Origin: an uncultured archaeon
GTDB lineage: Archaea > Iainarchaeota > Iainarchaeia > Iainarchaeales > 0-14-0-20-30-16
DNA length: 32,000 nucleotides
Assembly (NCBI GenBank): GCA_964595665.1
Contig: CAZQQS010000003.1
Location: forward strand, 1-32,000
Reading direction: 5' to 3'
A model generated the notes under the pieces. That model saw nothing but the letters and a program-made list of their open reading frames with translations, was not told where the DNA came from and ran no database searches. Position 1 is the first letter of the stretch; the number at the start of each line of letters is the position of its first letter. Of the stretch, positions 1-8,575 are shown one piece after another. The position numbers and the translations under genes are program-made.

Positions 1-63
1 TATAAATACATCTAACAAAACATTTAAAAATAAACCCTGTTTTATTTGATAATAGGTGGAATA

Positions 64-675
64 ATGAGAATTGTATTAAGTGGACCAGGAGATATTGATT
101 ATCATTTTGGAGAGTTATTAAAAATTCCTAAAGAAAAAATGGATAAACACATAGTAAACATAACCAGGAGTTTGTTAGATTATGAATTGGTTTTGTTGCC
201 AGATAAAGGTATTTCATTAGAAATTGCTAAGAAATATAAGGAATTAAATGGTAAGAAATTAATTGCTACTTTGCCTAAAGATGACTCAGAAATAGGTATA
301 AAACATTTACAATCTTATTTAGATTTGGGATTATTTGATGAAATTATTAATACTAAAACTTGGTATAAACACGATTTAACACATAATTTGTTTGGTGATA
401 TTATTTTGTTTTTAGGGAATTCTTTGGGATCTGTTGGAGAATTAAGTTATGGTTTTTATCTGTATAAACTTTTAGGTAAAAATATAACTAAATTAAATTT
501 TGATATGCGAGCAGGTCAAAATATTCCTTTAACTATTTTTATTTACAAGCCTTTTGTAAAAGATAAATTGAGTTTTGAAATTGAATCTTATATTAAAAAA
601 GCACAAGGTCAAATTTTTTATATTGAAAATGCAGAAGAGTTGAAAGAAAAATTAAAAGAATTAAAAGGTAATTAA
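64..675 (+). CDS. SLOG/LOG-like (TIGR00725-type) Rossmann-fold protein, function uncertain
   Basis: ORF 46..675. The ATG at 64 lies 4 nt after AGGTGG (54-59), so it is preferred over the TTG at 46. The layout MRIVLSGPG / LLPDKGISLEIAKKY..KLIATLP / DIILFLGNSLGSVGELSYG resembles the LOG / nucleoside-deoxyribosyltransferase-like Rossmann pattern. The canonical Gly motifs are degenerate. Confidence 0.4.
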   Translation: MRIVLSGPGDIDYHFGELLKIPKEKMDKHIVNITRSLLDYELVLLPDKGISLEIAKKYKELNGKKLIATLPKDDSEIGIKHLQSYLDLGLFDEIINTKTWYKHDLTHNLFGDIILFLGNSLGSVGELSYGFYLYKLLGKNITKLNFDMRAGQNIPLTIFIYKPFVKDKLSFEIESYIKKAQGQIFYIENAEELKEKLKELKGN

Positions 676-1419
676 ATGAAGATAATCTCGTGGAATTTGG
701 CAGGTATTAAATCAGGTATAAAGAAGGGGCTTTTTGATTTTATGCTAAAAGCTAATGCAGATTTTTATTGTTTTCAAGAAGTTAAATCCCATGAAGATGT
801 CCAATATAAAGATTATTTGTGTTACACTTACAAAGCAAAAAAAAGAGGGTATTCTGGGATAACAATTTTTACTAAAATTAAACCATTAAACATAATTTAT
901 GGTTTGGATAATCCAGAATTTGATAATGAGGGCAGAGTTTTGACTTTAGAATATCCTAATTACTATTTAATTAATAGTTATTTTCCACATTCTGGAAGGA
1001 ATTTAGAAAGATTAGATTTTAAATTAAGATTCAATAAAGTATTTGAATCTTTTTGTAAACAATTAGAATTGAAAAAACCATTAATAATTTTAGGGGATTT
1101 TAATGTTGCCCATAAAGAAATTGATTTAGCAAATCCTAAAGAGAACAAAAAGAATGCTGGTTTTACTTTTGAAGAAAGAAATTGGTTTAATAGTTTTATT
1201 GAGAATTATATAGATACATTTAGAATTTTTAATACCACAAAAGGAAATTATACTTGGTGGGCTTATCGTAATAATTGTAGAGCTAAAAATATAGGTTGGC
1301 GTATTGATTATTTTATAGTATCAAAAATATTGGAAAAGAATATAGAATCAAGTTTGATTTTAAAAGATGTTTTTGGTTCAGATCATTGTCCTATTGAATT
1401 AAAAACAAAACATATATAA
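676..1419 (+). CDS. xth: Exodeoxyribonuclease III / AP endonuclease (Xth/APE1 family)
   Basis: Family motifs appear in order: ISWNLAGIK, CFQEVK, ILGDFNVAH, GWRIDYF, GSDHCPIEL. The ATG follows directly after the upstream TAA (673-675). Confidence 0.85.
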   Translation: MKIISWNLAGIKSGIKKGLFDFMLKANADFYCFQEVKSHEDVQYKDYLCYTYKAKKRGYSGITIFTKIKPLNIIYGLDNPEFDNEGRVLTLEYPNYYLINSYFPHSGRNLERLDFKLRFNKVFESFCKQLELKKPLIILGDFNVAHKEIDLANPKENKKNAGFTFEERNWFNSFIENYIDTFRIFNTTKGNYTWWAYRNNCRAKNIGWRIDYFIVSKILEKNIESSLILKDVFGSDHCPIELKTKHI

Positions 1420-1423
1420 ATAA
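1412..1423 (+). promoter_or_regulatory. TATA-box-like element positioned for a leaderless transcript starting at ATG 1442
   Basis: atatataaataa is centred about 25 nt upstream of ATG 1442, and no SD lies in between. This is weak evidence because TATA-like strings are frequent in AT-rich sequence. Confidence 0.3.
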
Positions 1424-1441
1424 TAATTATGTATTTGTTGT

Positions 1442-2383
1442 ATGTTAAATAAGACACAAAGAATTTTAAAAGATATAAAAAGTTTAAAAGTTCAAGGTGC
1501 ATCAAATGTTGCTTTTGCATGTCAAGATGCATTTCTTTTTGAAGTTCAAAATTACAAAGGAAAAGATATATTAAAAGATTTTACAAATTTGGGGAAAGCT
1601 TTTTGGAAATCTCGAGATACTGAACCGGCGATGAAGCACTTTATTTCAAAATTTTTAGTTTATTTAGAAAAGAATTTAAATGATAAAAAAAGAAAAGAAA
1701 AATTAATGGATTGGATTTGCGATTTTAAGAAACAACAAGTAAATGATATTTATACTTTAACGCATAATGTTAATAAATTACCAATTCATAAAAAAGTAGT
1801 AGTGTTTACTCATTGTCATTCATCAATAGTTGTAAAATCAATTTTAGAATTACATAAATTAGGTAAATTAGATTTTGTTGTAAATACTGAAACAAGGCCT
1901 TTATTCCAAGGAAGAAAAACATCTAAAGATTTAATTAAGAAAGGAATTTTAGTTTATCATATTGTTGATTCATCAGTTTACGCTTATGCTAAAATGTTAT
2001 TAAAAGAAGGTAAAAAAATTATTTTCTTTTCTGGTGCAGATGTTATTACAAAAGATTTTAAATTGGTAAATAAAATTGGAACAAGTCAAATAAGTTTAGC
2101 AATGAATTCTTTAGGAATAAATCATTATGTATTTACAACTTTAAATAAAATTGATCCTATAAGAACTTATAATACTTTGAAAGATGTTGAAATAAGAAGT
2201 GCAAAAGAAGTTTGGGATGAACGAGAATTAAAAATATTAACACAAAATTTTGCATTTGATATTACTGAAAAAGAATTTATTTCAGGAATAGTAACAGAAA
2301 AAGGAATTTTAACATTAAGAAATTATAATCGATTTGTTAAAGTTAATTTAGATGAAAAAAAATATTGGAATTTATTTAGGTGA
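1442..2383 (+). CDS. Ribose-1,5-bisphosphate isomerase (eIF-2B alpha/beta/delta family, e2b2 type)
   Basis: Carries the eIF-2B-family signatures THCHSS, NTETRPLFQGR and GADVITKDFKLVNKIGT. It sits immediately upstream of AMP phosphorylase and is translationally coupled to it, which is the known partner arrangement. Confidence 0.75.
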   Translation: MLNKTQRILKDIKSLKVQGASNVAFACQDAFLFEVQNYKGKDILKDFTNLGKAFWKSRDTEPAMKHFISKFLVYLEKNLNDKKRKEKLMDWICDFKKQQVNDIYTLTHNVNKLPIHKKVVVFTHCHSSIVVKSILELHKLGKLDFVVNTETRPLFQGRKTSKDLIKKGILVYHIVDSSVYAYAKMLLKEGKKIIFFSGADVITKDFKLVNKIGTSQISLAMNSLGINHYVFTTLNKIDPIRTYNTLKDVEIRSAKEVWDERELKILTQNFAFDITEKEFISGIVTEKGILTLRNYNRFVKVNLDEKKYWNLFR

Positions 2384-2388
2384 AATGT

Positions 2389-3915
2389 ATGCAAAATTAT
2401 AGTTTAGATTTACGAGTACAATATTTAGATATGGAAACTCCTGCTTTAATTAGTATTATGAATGAGATTGATGCTAAAGAGTTGGGTGTTGGTCCAGAAG
2501 ATAGAATTGTTTTAAAAAATCCTTTAACAAATGAGTTTACAGTATCTGTTGTAGATATTTCTAAAAATATTATTCCTAAAGGAACAATAGGTATAACAAA
2601 TTCTATAAAAAAAGAATTTAATTTAGAAGGTGTGCAAAAATTAAATGTATCTCAATCTACTAAACCAAGAAGTTTTTCGTATATTTCAAAAAAGATTGCG
2701 GGAAAAGAATTAACTAAAGAAGAAATGAAAGAGTTAGTTGAAGATATTAAACATAACAAATTATCTTCAATAGAATTAACTGCTTTTGTTACAGCTGTTA
2801 AAATTAATAATTATACTGATCAAGAAACTTATGCTATGGCAAAATATATTGCTGATTCAGGATCAAAATTAAATTTAAATGTTGATGGAATAATTGTTGA
2901 TAAACATTCTATTGGTGGAATAAATGGACGAGCTACTATGTTAGTTGTTCCAATAATTTCTTGTTTTGATGAATTATATATGCCAAAAACAAGTTCTAGA
3001 GCTATAACATCTCCTGCGGGAACTGCAGATGCGATGGAAGTTTTAGCAGATGTAAATTTAGATGCTAAAAGATTTAAAGAGGTTGTTGAAAAAACTCATG
3101 GTGCAGTTGTTTGGGGTGGGGCTTTTGATTTTGCGCCTGTAGATGATAAAATAATTAAAATTGAAAGACCTTTAAGAATTGATCCTCAAGGCCAAGTTAT
3201 AGCTTCTGTTTTATCAAAAAAATTATGTGTTGGTGCACAAAAAGTAGTTATTGATTTACCTGTTGGAAAAGAAATGAAAGTAAAAACTATTGAAGAGGCT
3301 GAAAAAGTTGCTCGAAGATTTGTTACTGTTGGAAAAGAATTAGGTATGGATGTTCGAGGTATAATAACAAATGCAAATTCCCCTTGTGGTGATGCTTTTG
3401 GCCCGGCTTTAGAAGCAAAATATGTTTTAGAAACTTTAGAAGGTAAAAGAGAAGATAACTTAGCTGGAAAAGCTTGTGAATTAGCAGGTATAATTTTAGA
3501 AATGACTAATCAAGTTGAAAAAGGTAAAGGTACTAAAAAAGCAAAAGAAATATTACATAGTGGTAAAGCATTGAAAAAATTTAAACAAATTATTGCTGAG
3601 CAAGGAAAATTAATTGATAAATCTGAAAATGTTGTTTTAGGACAATATGTTTATGAATTTTTAGCTCAAAATGATGGATACATACAAGAATTAAGTGTTT
3701 TTGATTTTACAAGTGTTGCATTAAGTGCTGGAGCACCATTTGATAAGGGTGCTGGAGTATTGTTAAATGTTAGACCAAATCAAAGCATAAAAAAAGATGA
3801 TGTTTTATTTAGAATTTATGCAAACAACAAAGACAAATTAAATTTTGCAGTTGATTTAGCAAATAAATTAAAACCAATTAAATTCGAAGAAATAGTTTTA
3901 GAAGAAATTTATTAA
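2389..3915 (+). CDS. AMP phosphorylase (thymidine-phosphorylase family II, archaeal DeoA-like)
   Basis: Motifs DKHSIGGINGRATMLVVPI, TSSRAITSPAGTADAMEVL and GGAFDFAPVDDK. The N-terminal extra domain (LDLRVQYLDMETPALISIMNEIDAKELGV) is typical of AMPpase. The ATG at 2389 lies 5 nt after AGGTGA (2378-2383), so it is preferred over the GTG at 2380. Confidence 0.8.
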   Translation: MQNYSLDLRVQYLDMETPALISIMNEIDAKELGVGPEDRIVLKNPLTNEFTVSVVDISKNIIPKGTIGITNSIKKEFNLEGVQKLNVSQSTKPRSFSYISKKIAGKELTKEEMKELVEDIKHNKLSSIELTAFVTAVKINNYTDQETYAMAKYIADSGSKLNLNVDGIIVDKHSIGGINGRATMLVVPIISCFDELYMPKTSSRAITSPAGTADAMEVLADVNLDAKRFKEVVEKTHGAVVWGGAFDFAPVDDKIIKIERPLRIDPQGQVIASVLSKKLCVGAQKVVIDLPVGKEMKVKTIEEAEKVARRFVTVGKELGMDVRGIITNANSPCGDAFGPALEAKYVLETLEGKREDNLAGKACELAGIILEMTNQVEKGKGTKKAKEILHSGKALKKFKQIIAEQGKLIDKSENVVLGQYVYEFLAQNDGYIQELSVFDFTSVALSAGAPFDKGAGVLLNVRPNQSIKKDDVLFRIYANNKDKLNFAVDLANKLKPIKFEEIVLEEIY

Positions 3916-3960
3916 AGAATATCTTTTAAAACTTAATTAGGAAAATAAAAAATTAAAAAG

Positions 3961-3985
3961 AAAAGATTCTAACCAAGAATCTTTT
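3961..3985. terminator. Bidirectional terminator-like hairpin between convergent AMPpase and tbp
   Basis: Perfect 10-bp stem aaaagattct / agaatctttt with loop aacca. It embeds the tbp stop codon. T-rich tracts follow the hairpin on both strands. Confidence 0.45.
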
Positions 3986-4511
3986 TGATTTTAGCTATTG
4001 CATCTACAATATCTTTTTCGTTTTTAGCTCCAGCACAAATCATTTTTCCGTTTTTGAAAAGTAATAAGCTTACGTTAGGATCATATAATCTAACTATTGC
4101 CCCAGGGAATTGTTCTGGTTCATATTCAACATTATCTAATTTTGTTGCTAAACTAAATAAATCAATTTTCAAATCTAATTGTGCATTGGCAACTAAATTT
4201 ACAATTCTATATTCGGGCTTAGTAGGTATTTTTATACCAGGAGTTATATCTTTTAATAATTTACAAGTGTTAATGATTCCTTTTGAAATATCGCTTTCTT
4301 TTTGTGCTCCAGCACAATTGATTTTTCCATTTTTAAAAAGAGTTATAGTCATTCGAGGTTCGTCTAATCGCATAATAGCTCCAGGGAATTGTTCTGGCTC
4401 ATATTCTACGCTTGGCAATGAAACTGCTATGTTAAATAAATCTAAATTAGTTTCTAAATTACTAACTGCTACTAAATTCACAATTGTATAATCTTTTTTT
4501 GGACTATTCAA
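3969..4511 (-). CDS. tbp: TATA-box-binding protein
   Basis: Two tandem TBP repeats each carry IVNLVA..DLF..VEYEPEQFPGAI.RL..P...LLFKNGK..CAGA. Length is 180 aa. The TTG start (4509-4511) is preceded by GGTGA (complement of 4516-4520). No in-frame ATG lies near the N-terminus. Confidence 0.95.
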   Translation of the reverse strand: MNSPKKDYTIVNLVAVSNLETNLDLFNIAVSLPSVEYEPEQFPGAIMRLDEPRMTITLFKNGKINCAGAQKESDISKGIINTCKLLKDITPGIKIPTKPEYRIVNLVANAQLDLKIDLFSLATKLDNVEYEPEQFPGAIVRLYDPNVSLLLFKNGKMICAGAKNEKDIVDAIAKIKKILG

Positions 4512-4619
4512 AAAATCACCTTTAAAAGTTTTACTGCTTTATATACTTACTTATAAAAGAATAATAGAAACATTTATAAACACGCCCTATATATTTATAT
4601 ATTTATTAAAGGTGGTAAT

Positions 4620-5525
4620 ATGTTTGATGGTGATCAAGGAGCTTCAATGCCCGATGTAGGTGGGGATTTTGAACCCAAAAAGAGTTTTTTTCAAAAGATT
4701 TTCTCAAAGAGTGAAACAGCTATTCCTGTAGTATTAATTGTTATACTTTTAATTATACTAGTTTTAGCTTTTAGTGGTTGGGATTATTCAAGTACTCCTA
4801 TAATTGGGGGTGCATTAAAAGAATTGTTTGGTGTAAAACAATATAATGTTTTGGTAATTGGAAAACCATCACAAGTAAGTTTAAACATGTTAAACAAACC
4901 TGATTTTAGAAAGAAATATACTCCTATTTTTAGAGATGAAGAGACAATGCAAATGAATCCAGAGAATTATTTGAAAAACTATGATTTCATAATTTTGGAT
5001 CAAAGTGATTCTGGTACTCAAATGGGTATGTCTGGTTCAATTCCATATCAATTAGCTCAAGCTTTAATACAATATGTTAAATCTGGTAAGAGTTTAATAA
5101 TTGTTGGTAATTCAGGACATGTTGCTCCAGATTATCAAGATGGTTATGGTTATCAAGCATTATTTCAAGGAATATCTCCTGTAACTTGTGATAAAAGTTT
5201 AGTTTATAGTAGGCCTTGTGAACAATCAGCAGTAAAATTATCAATTTTACAAAATACTCAACAATTGAATATATTTGGAGAAATAAACCAAGTTCCTGAA
5301 CAAGTATTTATAGATGCTGGAACTCCTGGAATTAATTTAACTCACTATGATGTTGCAATGTCAAAGGGTTCTGAGTTATTTACTTTAAGAGATGTAAGAA
5401 CTGGAAAATATCATACTGGTATAGCTATGAGTAAATCTGGTTTAGGAAAAGTAATTTATATTTCTTTTAAAGAATATGGTCATTTTCCAAGTATAATGCA
5501 AATCTTATTCAAGTATTTGGTATAA
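4620..5525 (+). CDS. N-terminally membrane-anchored protein with an extracytoplasmic GATase1-like (DUF1355-type) domain pattern; hypothetical
   Basis: AGGTGG (4610-4615) precedes the ATG. There is one TM segment (IPVVLIVILLIILVLAF). The pattern YNVLVIG...NYDFIILDQ...LIQYVKSGKSLIIVGNSG recalls class-I glutamine-amidotransferase-like membrane proteins. Assignment is by pattern only. Confidence 0.45.
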   Translation: MFDGDQGASMPDVGGDFEPKKSFFQKIFSKSETAIPVVLIVILLIILVLAFSGWDYSSTPIIGGALKELFGVKQYNVLVIGKPSQVSLNMLNKPDFRKKYTPIFRDEETMQMNPENYLKNYDFIILDQSDSGTQMGMSGSIPYQLAQALIQYVKSGKSLIIVGNSGHVAPDYQDGYGYQALFQGISPVTCDKSLVYSRPCEQSAVKLSILQNTQQLNIFGEINQVPEQVFIDAGTPGINLTHYDVAMSKGSELFTLRDVRTGKYHTGIAMSKSGLGKVIYISFKEYGHFPSIMQILFKYLV

Positions 5526-5551
5526 CCAAATACTTATTCTTTTATTTTTTT
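5511..5551 (+). terminator. Intrinsic-terminator-like hairpin plus T tract
   Basis: Perfect 10-bp stem aagtatttgg / ccaaatactt. Its 5-nt loop tataa contains the stop codon of 4620..5525. It is followed by attcttttattttttt. Confidence 0.5.
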
Positions 5552-5571
5552 AATGCTTTCTAAGGGATAAT

Positions 5572-6630
5572 ATGTTTGAAATTAGTTTATTCTTACTTTA
5601 TAATAATATTAACTGGCCTAATTGGTTAGTTTTTTTAATTAATGCTGTTGGTTTTTTTGTTATAATTAAAATAATTTATATGTTATTGAAAGTAGTAATT
5701 AGACAATTTACTAAAAGAACTAAAACTACCTTTGATGATGATTTGTTAAAAGTTTTAGAATATCCTTTATTGATTGCGTTATCTGTTATTTTTATCTTGT
5801 CTTCTATAAGTGTTTTTGCTTTTAGTGAGACTATTTTAAATGTAATTAATAAATTAGGAAAAAGTATATTAGTAATAATTGGAACTTGGTTTATTTATTC
5901 TTTAATTGGAATAATATACAAACATATTTTATTACCATTTTCTAAGAAAAGCAAATCTAATTTAGATGATCAGATTTTTCCAATTGTTAGAAAAGTATTA
6001 AGAATAATTATATTTATATTAGCTGGAATTTATATTTTAGATATATTTGGGATAAATATTACTCCTTTATTAGCAGGAGTGGGTATAGGAGGTTTAGCTT
6101 TAGCATTTGCTGCACAAAAGGTTTTAGCAGATGTTTTTGGAGGTATATCTCTATTATTAGATGAAGCTTATTTTATAGGAGATAGAATAAAGGTAGCTGA
6201 CTTAATTGGAACAGTAGTAGATATTGGTTTGAGAAGTACTAAAATTAAAACATTTGATAATAATGTTGTAACTGTGCCAAATAGTGTTATTGCAAATAGT
6301 AATATTGAGAATTTTAATAGCATCTCTAAAGAGTTTGCTGTAAGATTTACATTAGGTATTACTTATAATACTTCTATAAAGAAAGTAGAATTAGCTAAAA
6401 AAATAATTGCTAAATGTATTAAGTCTAATAAATATGTTATTAATGAGCCTACAATTACATTTAATACTTTTAATAATTCATCATTAGATTTATATATATC
6501 CTTTACTATAGATAATTATTCTAATAAATTAGAAGCTGTTGATGATATAAATACAAAAATCAAAACAGAATTTGATAAAAATAAAATAGAGTTTGCTTTC
6601 CCTACGCAAACAATATATCTTGCAAAGTGA
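5572..6630 (+). CDS. Small-conductance mechanosensitive channel (MscS family)
   Basis: Several N-terminal TM helices are followed by the MscS core GIGGLALAFAAQKVLADVFGGISLLLDEAYFIGDRIKV...GTVVDIGLRSTKIKTFDNNVVTVPNS. Confidence 0.85.
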   Translation: MFEISLFLLYNNINWPNWLVFLINAVGFFVIIKIIYMLLKVVIRQFTKRTKTTFDDDLLKVLEYPLLIALSVIFILSSISVFAFSETILNVINKLGKSILVIIGTWFIYSLIGIIYKHILLPFSKKSKSNLDDQIFPIVRKVLRIIIFILAGIYILDIFGINITPLLAGVGIGGLALAFAAQKVLADVFGGISLLLDEAYFIGDRIKVADLIGTVVDIGLRSTKIKTFDNNVVTVPNSVIANSNIENFNSISKEFAVRFTLGITYNTSIKKVELAKKIIAKCIKSNKYVINEPTITFNTFNNSSLDLYISFTIDNYSNKLEAVDDINTKIKTEFDKNKIEFAFPTQTIYLAK

Positions 6631-6639
6631 GGTGTTTTT

Positions 6640-6954
6640 ATGGGTAAGAAAGAAATTGAAGAAATGATATTAAAATTACAAAGGACAGGCCAATTAGATA
6701 AATCTAGATGGTTAGAAACTATGGATCAAAGAATTCCACCTTCATTTAAGAAAAGAATAGTTGAAAATGATAAAACTGTTTTAAGAGAATTAATCATGCC
6801 TAATTGGGTTACTTGGGAATTTTTAAGAGAATGGGCTTTAGATGATGTTAAAAGATTAAATTGTAGTGCCTGCGGAAAAGTAACTGACGATTTCACAAAC
6901 TTTAAACAAGTTAGTTTGTGTTCAGAATGCTTAGAGACTTTAAAACAGATGTGA
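6640..6954 (+). CDS. Small protein with C-terminal CxxC...CxxC zinc ribbon; hypothetical
   Basis: GAGGTG (6629-6634) overlaps the mscS stop and lies 5 nt upstream of the ATG. The C-terminus reads CSACGK...(16 aa)...CSEC. Confidence 0.55.
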   Translation: MGKKEIEEMILKLQRTGQLDKSRWLETMDQRIPPSFKKRIVENDKTVLRELIMPNWVTWEFLREWALDDVKRLNCSACGKVTDDFTNFKQVSLCSECLETLKQM

Positions 6955-6956
6955 TT

Positions 6957-8549
6957 ATGTTAAAAAAAACTATTTTCACAATCTTTTTTATTTTCTTATT
7001 TATTACTCTAAGCAATAGTGTTTTTTCTAATTCTATAAATTATGAGATATCTACAGATTTGCCTGTTAAAGACCCATATTATGTTGGGACTTTAGTTAAA
7101 GATTTATCTATTTCATTTGTAGATTCTTCAAATATTTTAATAAAAGAAGATTACAATTCTTTAAAAGTTAAATTAGGATTAGAAGAATATTTATTTTTAA
7201 AAGAAAAGGATAATAAATATCATTTGAGGAATTTTTATATTCAAAGTAATTTTATAATAAATAATAGATTTGCAATTGATATAAAAACGCCTACAGAAGG
7301 ATATTCCAATACTAAAAAGAGTTATGCTATAAGAGACATATCAAATAATTTAATATTAAAGAATAATCCTGAATTACAATTTTCTAAACTAACTGTTAAT
7401 GAGAAAATACAATTATACTTAGAATTTGAATCTATAAAAGATATTTCTAATATGACTTGTTTTATTAGTTATAACAATTCTAAGAGCAATTTAAATTGTA
7501 ATAGAACTGTTTGTTCCATAAATTTTTTAGTTCCGGAAGAATTAAAAGAAATAAATTTTATTTGTAATTATGATAAAACTGTAGATGATGTAAAAACTAA
7601 ATATCCATTTATTTTAACTATTAATCCAGAATTATCAAAAGGTATATATATTAAAGAGATTATTAATCCAGAAGATAGAGTTATAAAAAATCCTTTTGAA
7701 GTTTGTTTTAATATTTATTATAAAAGTAACAGATTATTAAAAGATTATTATGAGATAGATTTATTTGTAAATAATGTTAGCACAAACTTTTATGATAAAG
7801 GAAATAATTATTGTTTTACTAAGTTTTTATTTCCATTTTCTAATTTAGATTTAGATTTAGTTTTATTATTTGATGATTCAGAATATTATTTTGAATATGA
7901 TGAAAAACTAAAACCAGGTTTATTTTGGATTATTTTATTTATAATTGTAATTGGGTTTATAATTATTAATATAATTTTAATAATAAGAAGTATAACTTCT
8001 AAAGAAGATTTGAATTCTTTAGTTGATAAAAGAGATGCATACCAAACAAGATTAAAATTAGTTAAAGATAAATATTTGCAAGGGAATTTAGATAAAAGAG
8101 AATTTGAAAAAAGTTTACAAGAATATACTATTAAGATTTCTTGGTTAAATGAACAAATATTAAGATTAAGAAAAGAGGATAAATTTAAAGCACCAAAATT
8201 TGTTCCTAAAACTCAAGATTCAAAACAAGCTCCTCAAGAATTATTAAATGCTTTAAATACAAATGAAAATATTTATGACAATAAAGAATTATTTGTTGAA
8301 GAAACAGATGTTAATGTAAATGCAAAGCCAACGTTCTATAGTAAAATAAAAGATTGGTTTAAGAATCTAAAAGAAAAATTAAATAAACCTAAACAAGAAA
8401 AAAAGAAAAAAGAGAATAAAGATTTAGAGGATATCTTTGCTAAAAAGGATTTGGATAATTTAGATAAAAATGTAGATTTGGATTTAAAGATCAATTCTAA
8501 TGAGAATGATTTGGAAAATGAATTTGATATTAGAAAATGGCAAAAATAA
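6957..8549 (+). CDS. Secreted, single-pass membrane protein: Cys-containing ectodomain, TM, cytoplasmic SHOCT-like coiled-coil and charged tail
   Basis: The ATG at 6957 lies 2 nt after the upstream TGA and gives the signal peptide MLKKTIFTIFFIFLFITLSNSVFS. The ORF-track start at 6918 would overlap the previous gene. TM is LFWIILFIIVIGFIIINIILII. The tail contains KDKYLQGNLDKREFEKSLQEY. Confidence 0.6.
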   Translation: MLKKTIFTIFFIFLFITLSNSVFSNSINYEISTDLPVKDPYYVGTLVKDLSISFVDSSNILIKEDYNSLKVKLGLEEYLFLKEKDNKYHLRNFYIQSNFIINNRFAIDIKTPTEGYSNTKKSYAIRDISNNLILKNNPELQFSKLTVNEKIQLYLEFESIKDISNMTCFISYNNSKSNLNCNRTVCSINFLVPEELKEINFICNYDKTVDDVKTKYPFILTINPELSKGIYIKEIINPEDRVIKNPFEVCFNIYYKSNRLLKDYYEIDLFVNNVSTNFYDKGNNYCFTKFLFPFSNLDLDLVLLFDDSEYYFEYDEKLKPGLFWIILFIIVIGFIIINIILIIRSITSKEDLNSLVDKRDAYQTRLKLVKDKYLQGNLDKREFEKSLQEYTIKISWLNEQILRLRKEDKFKAPKFVPKTQDSKQAPQELLNALNTNENIYDNKELFVEETDVNVNAKPTFYSKIKDWFKNLKEKLNKPKQEKKKKENKDLEDIFAKKDLDNLDKNVDLDLKINSNENDLENEFDIRKWQK

Positions 8550-8575
8550 TATAAATATGATTGTGTGTGATATAT

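Noticed and set aside
3985-4491. 168-aa plus-strand ORF antisense to tbp
   Set aside because: It lies entirely inside the well-supported tbp CDS on the other strand. It is a mirror ORF of a low-complexity AT-rich frame with no SD or TATA context. The tbp assignment is unambiguous.
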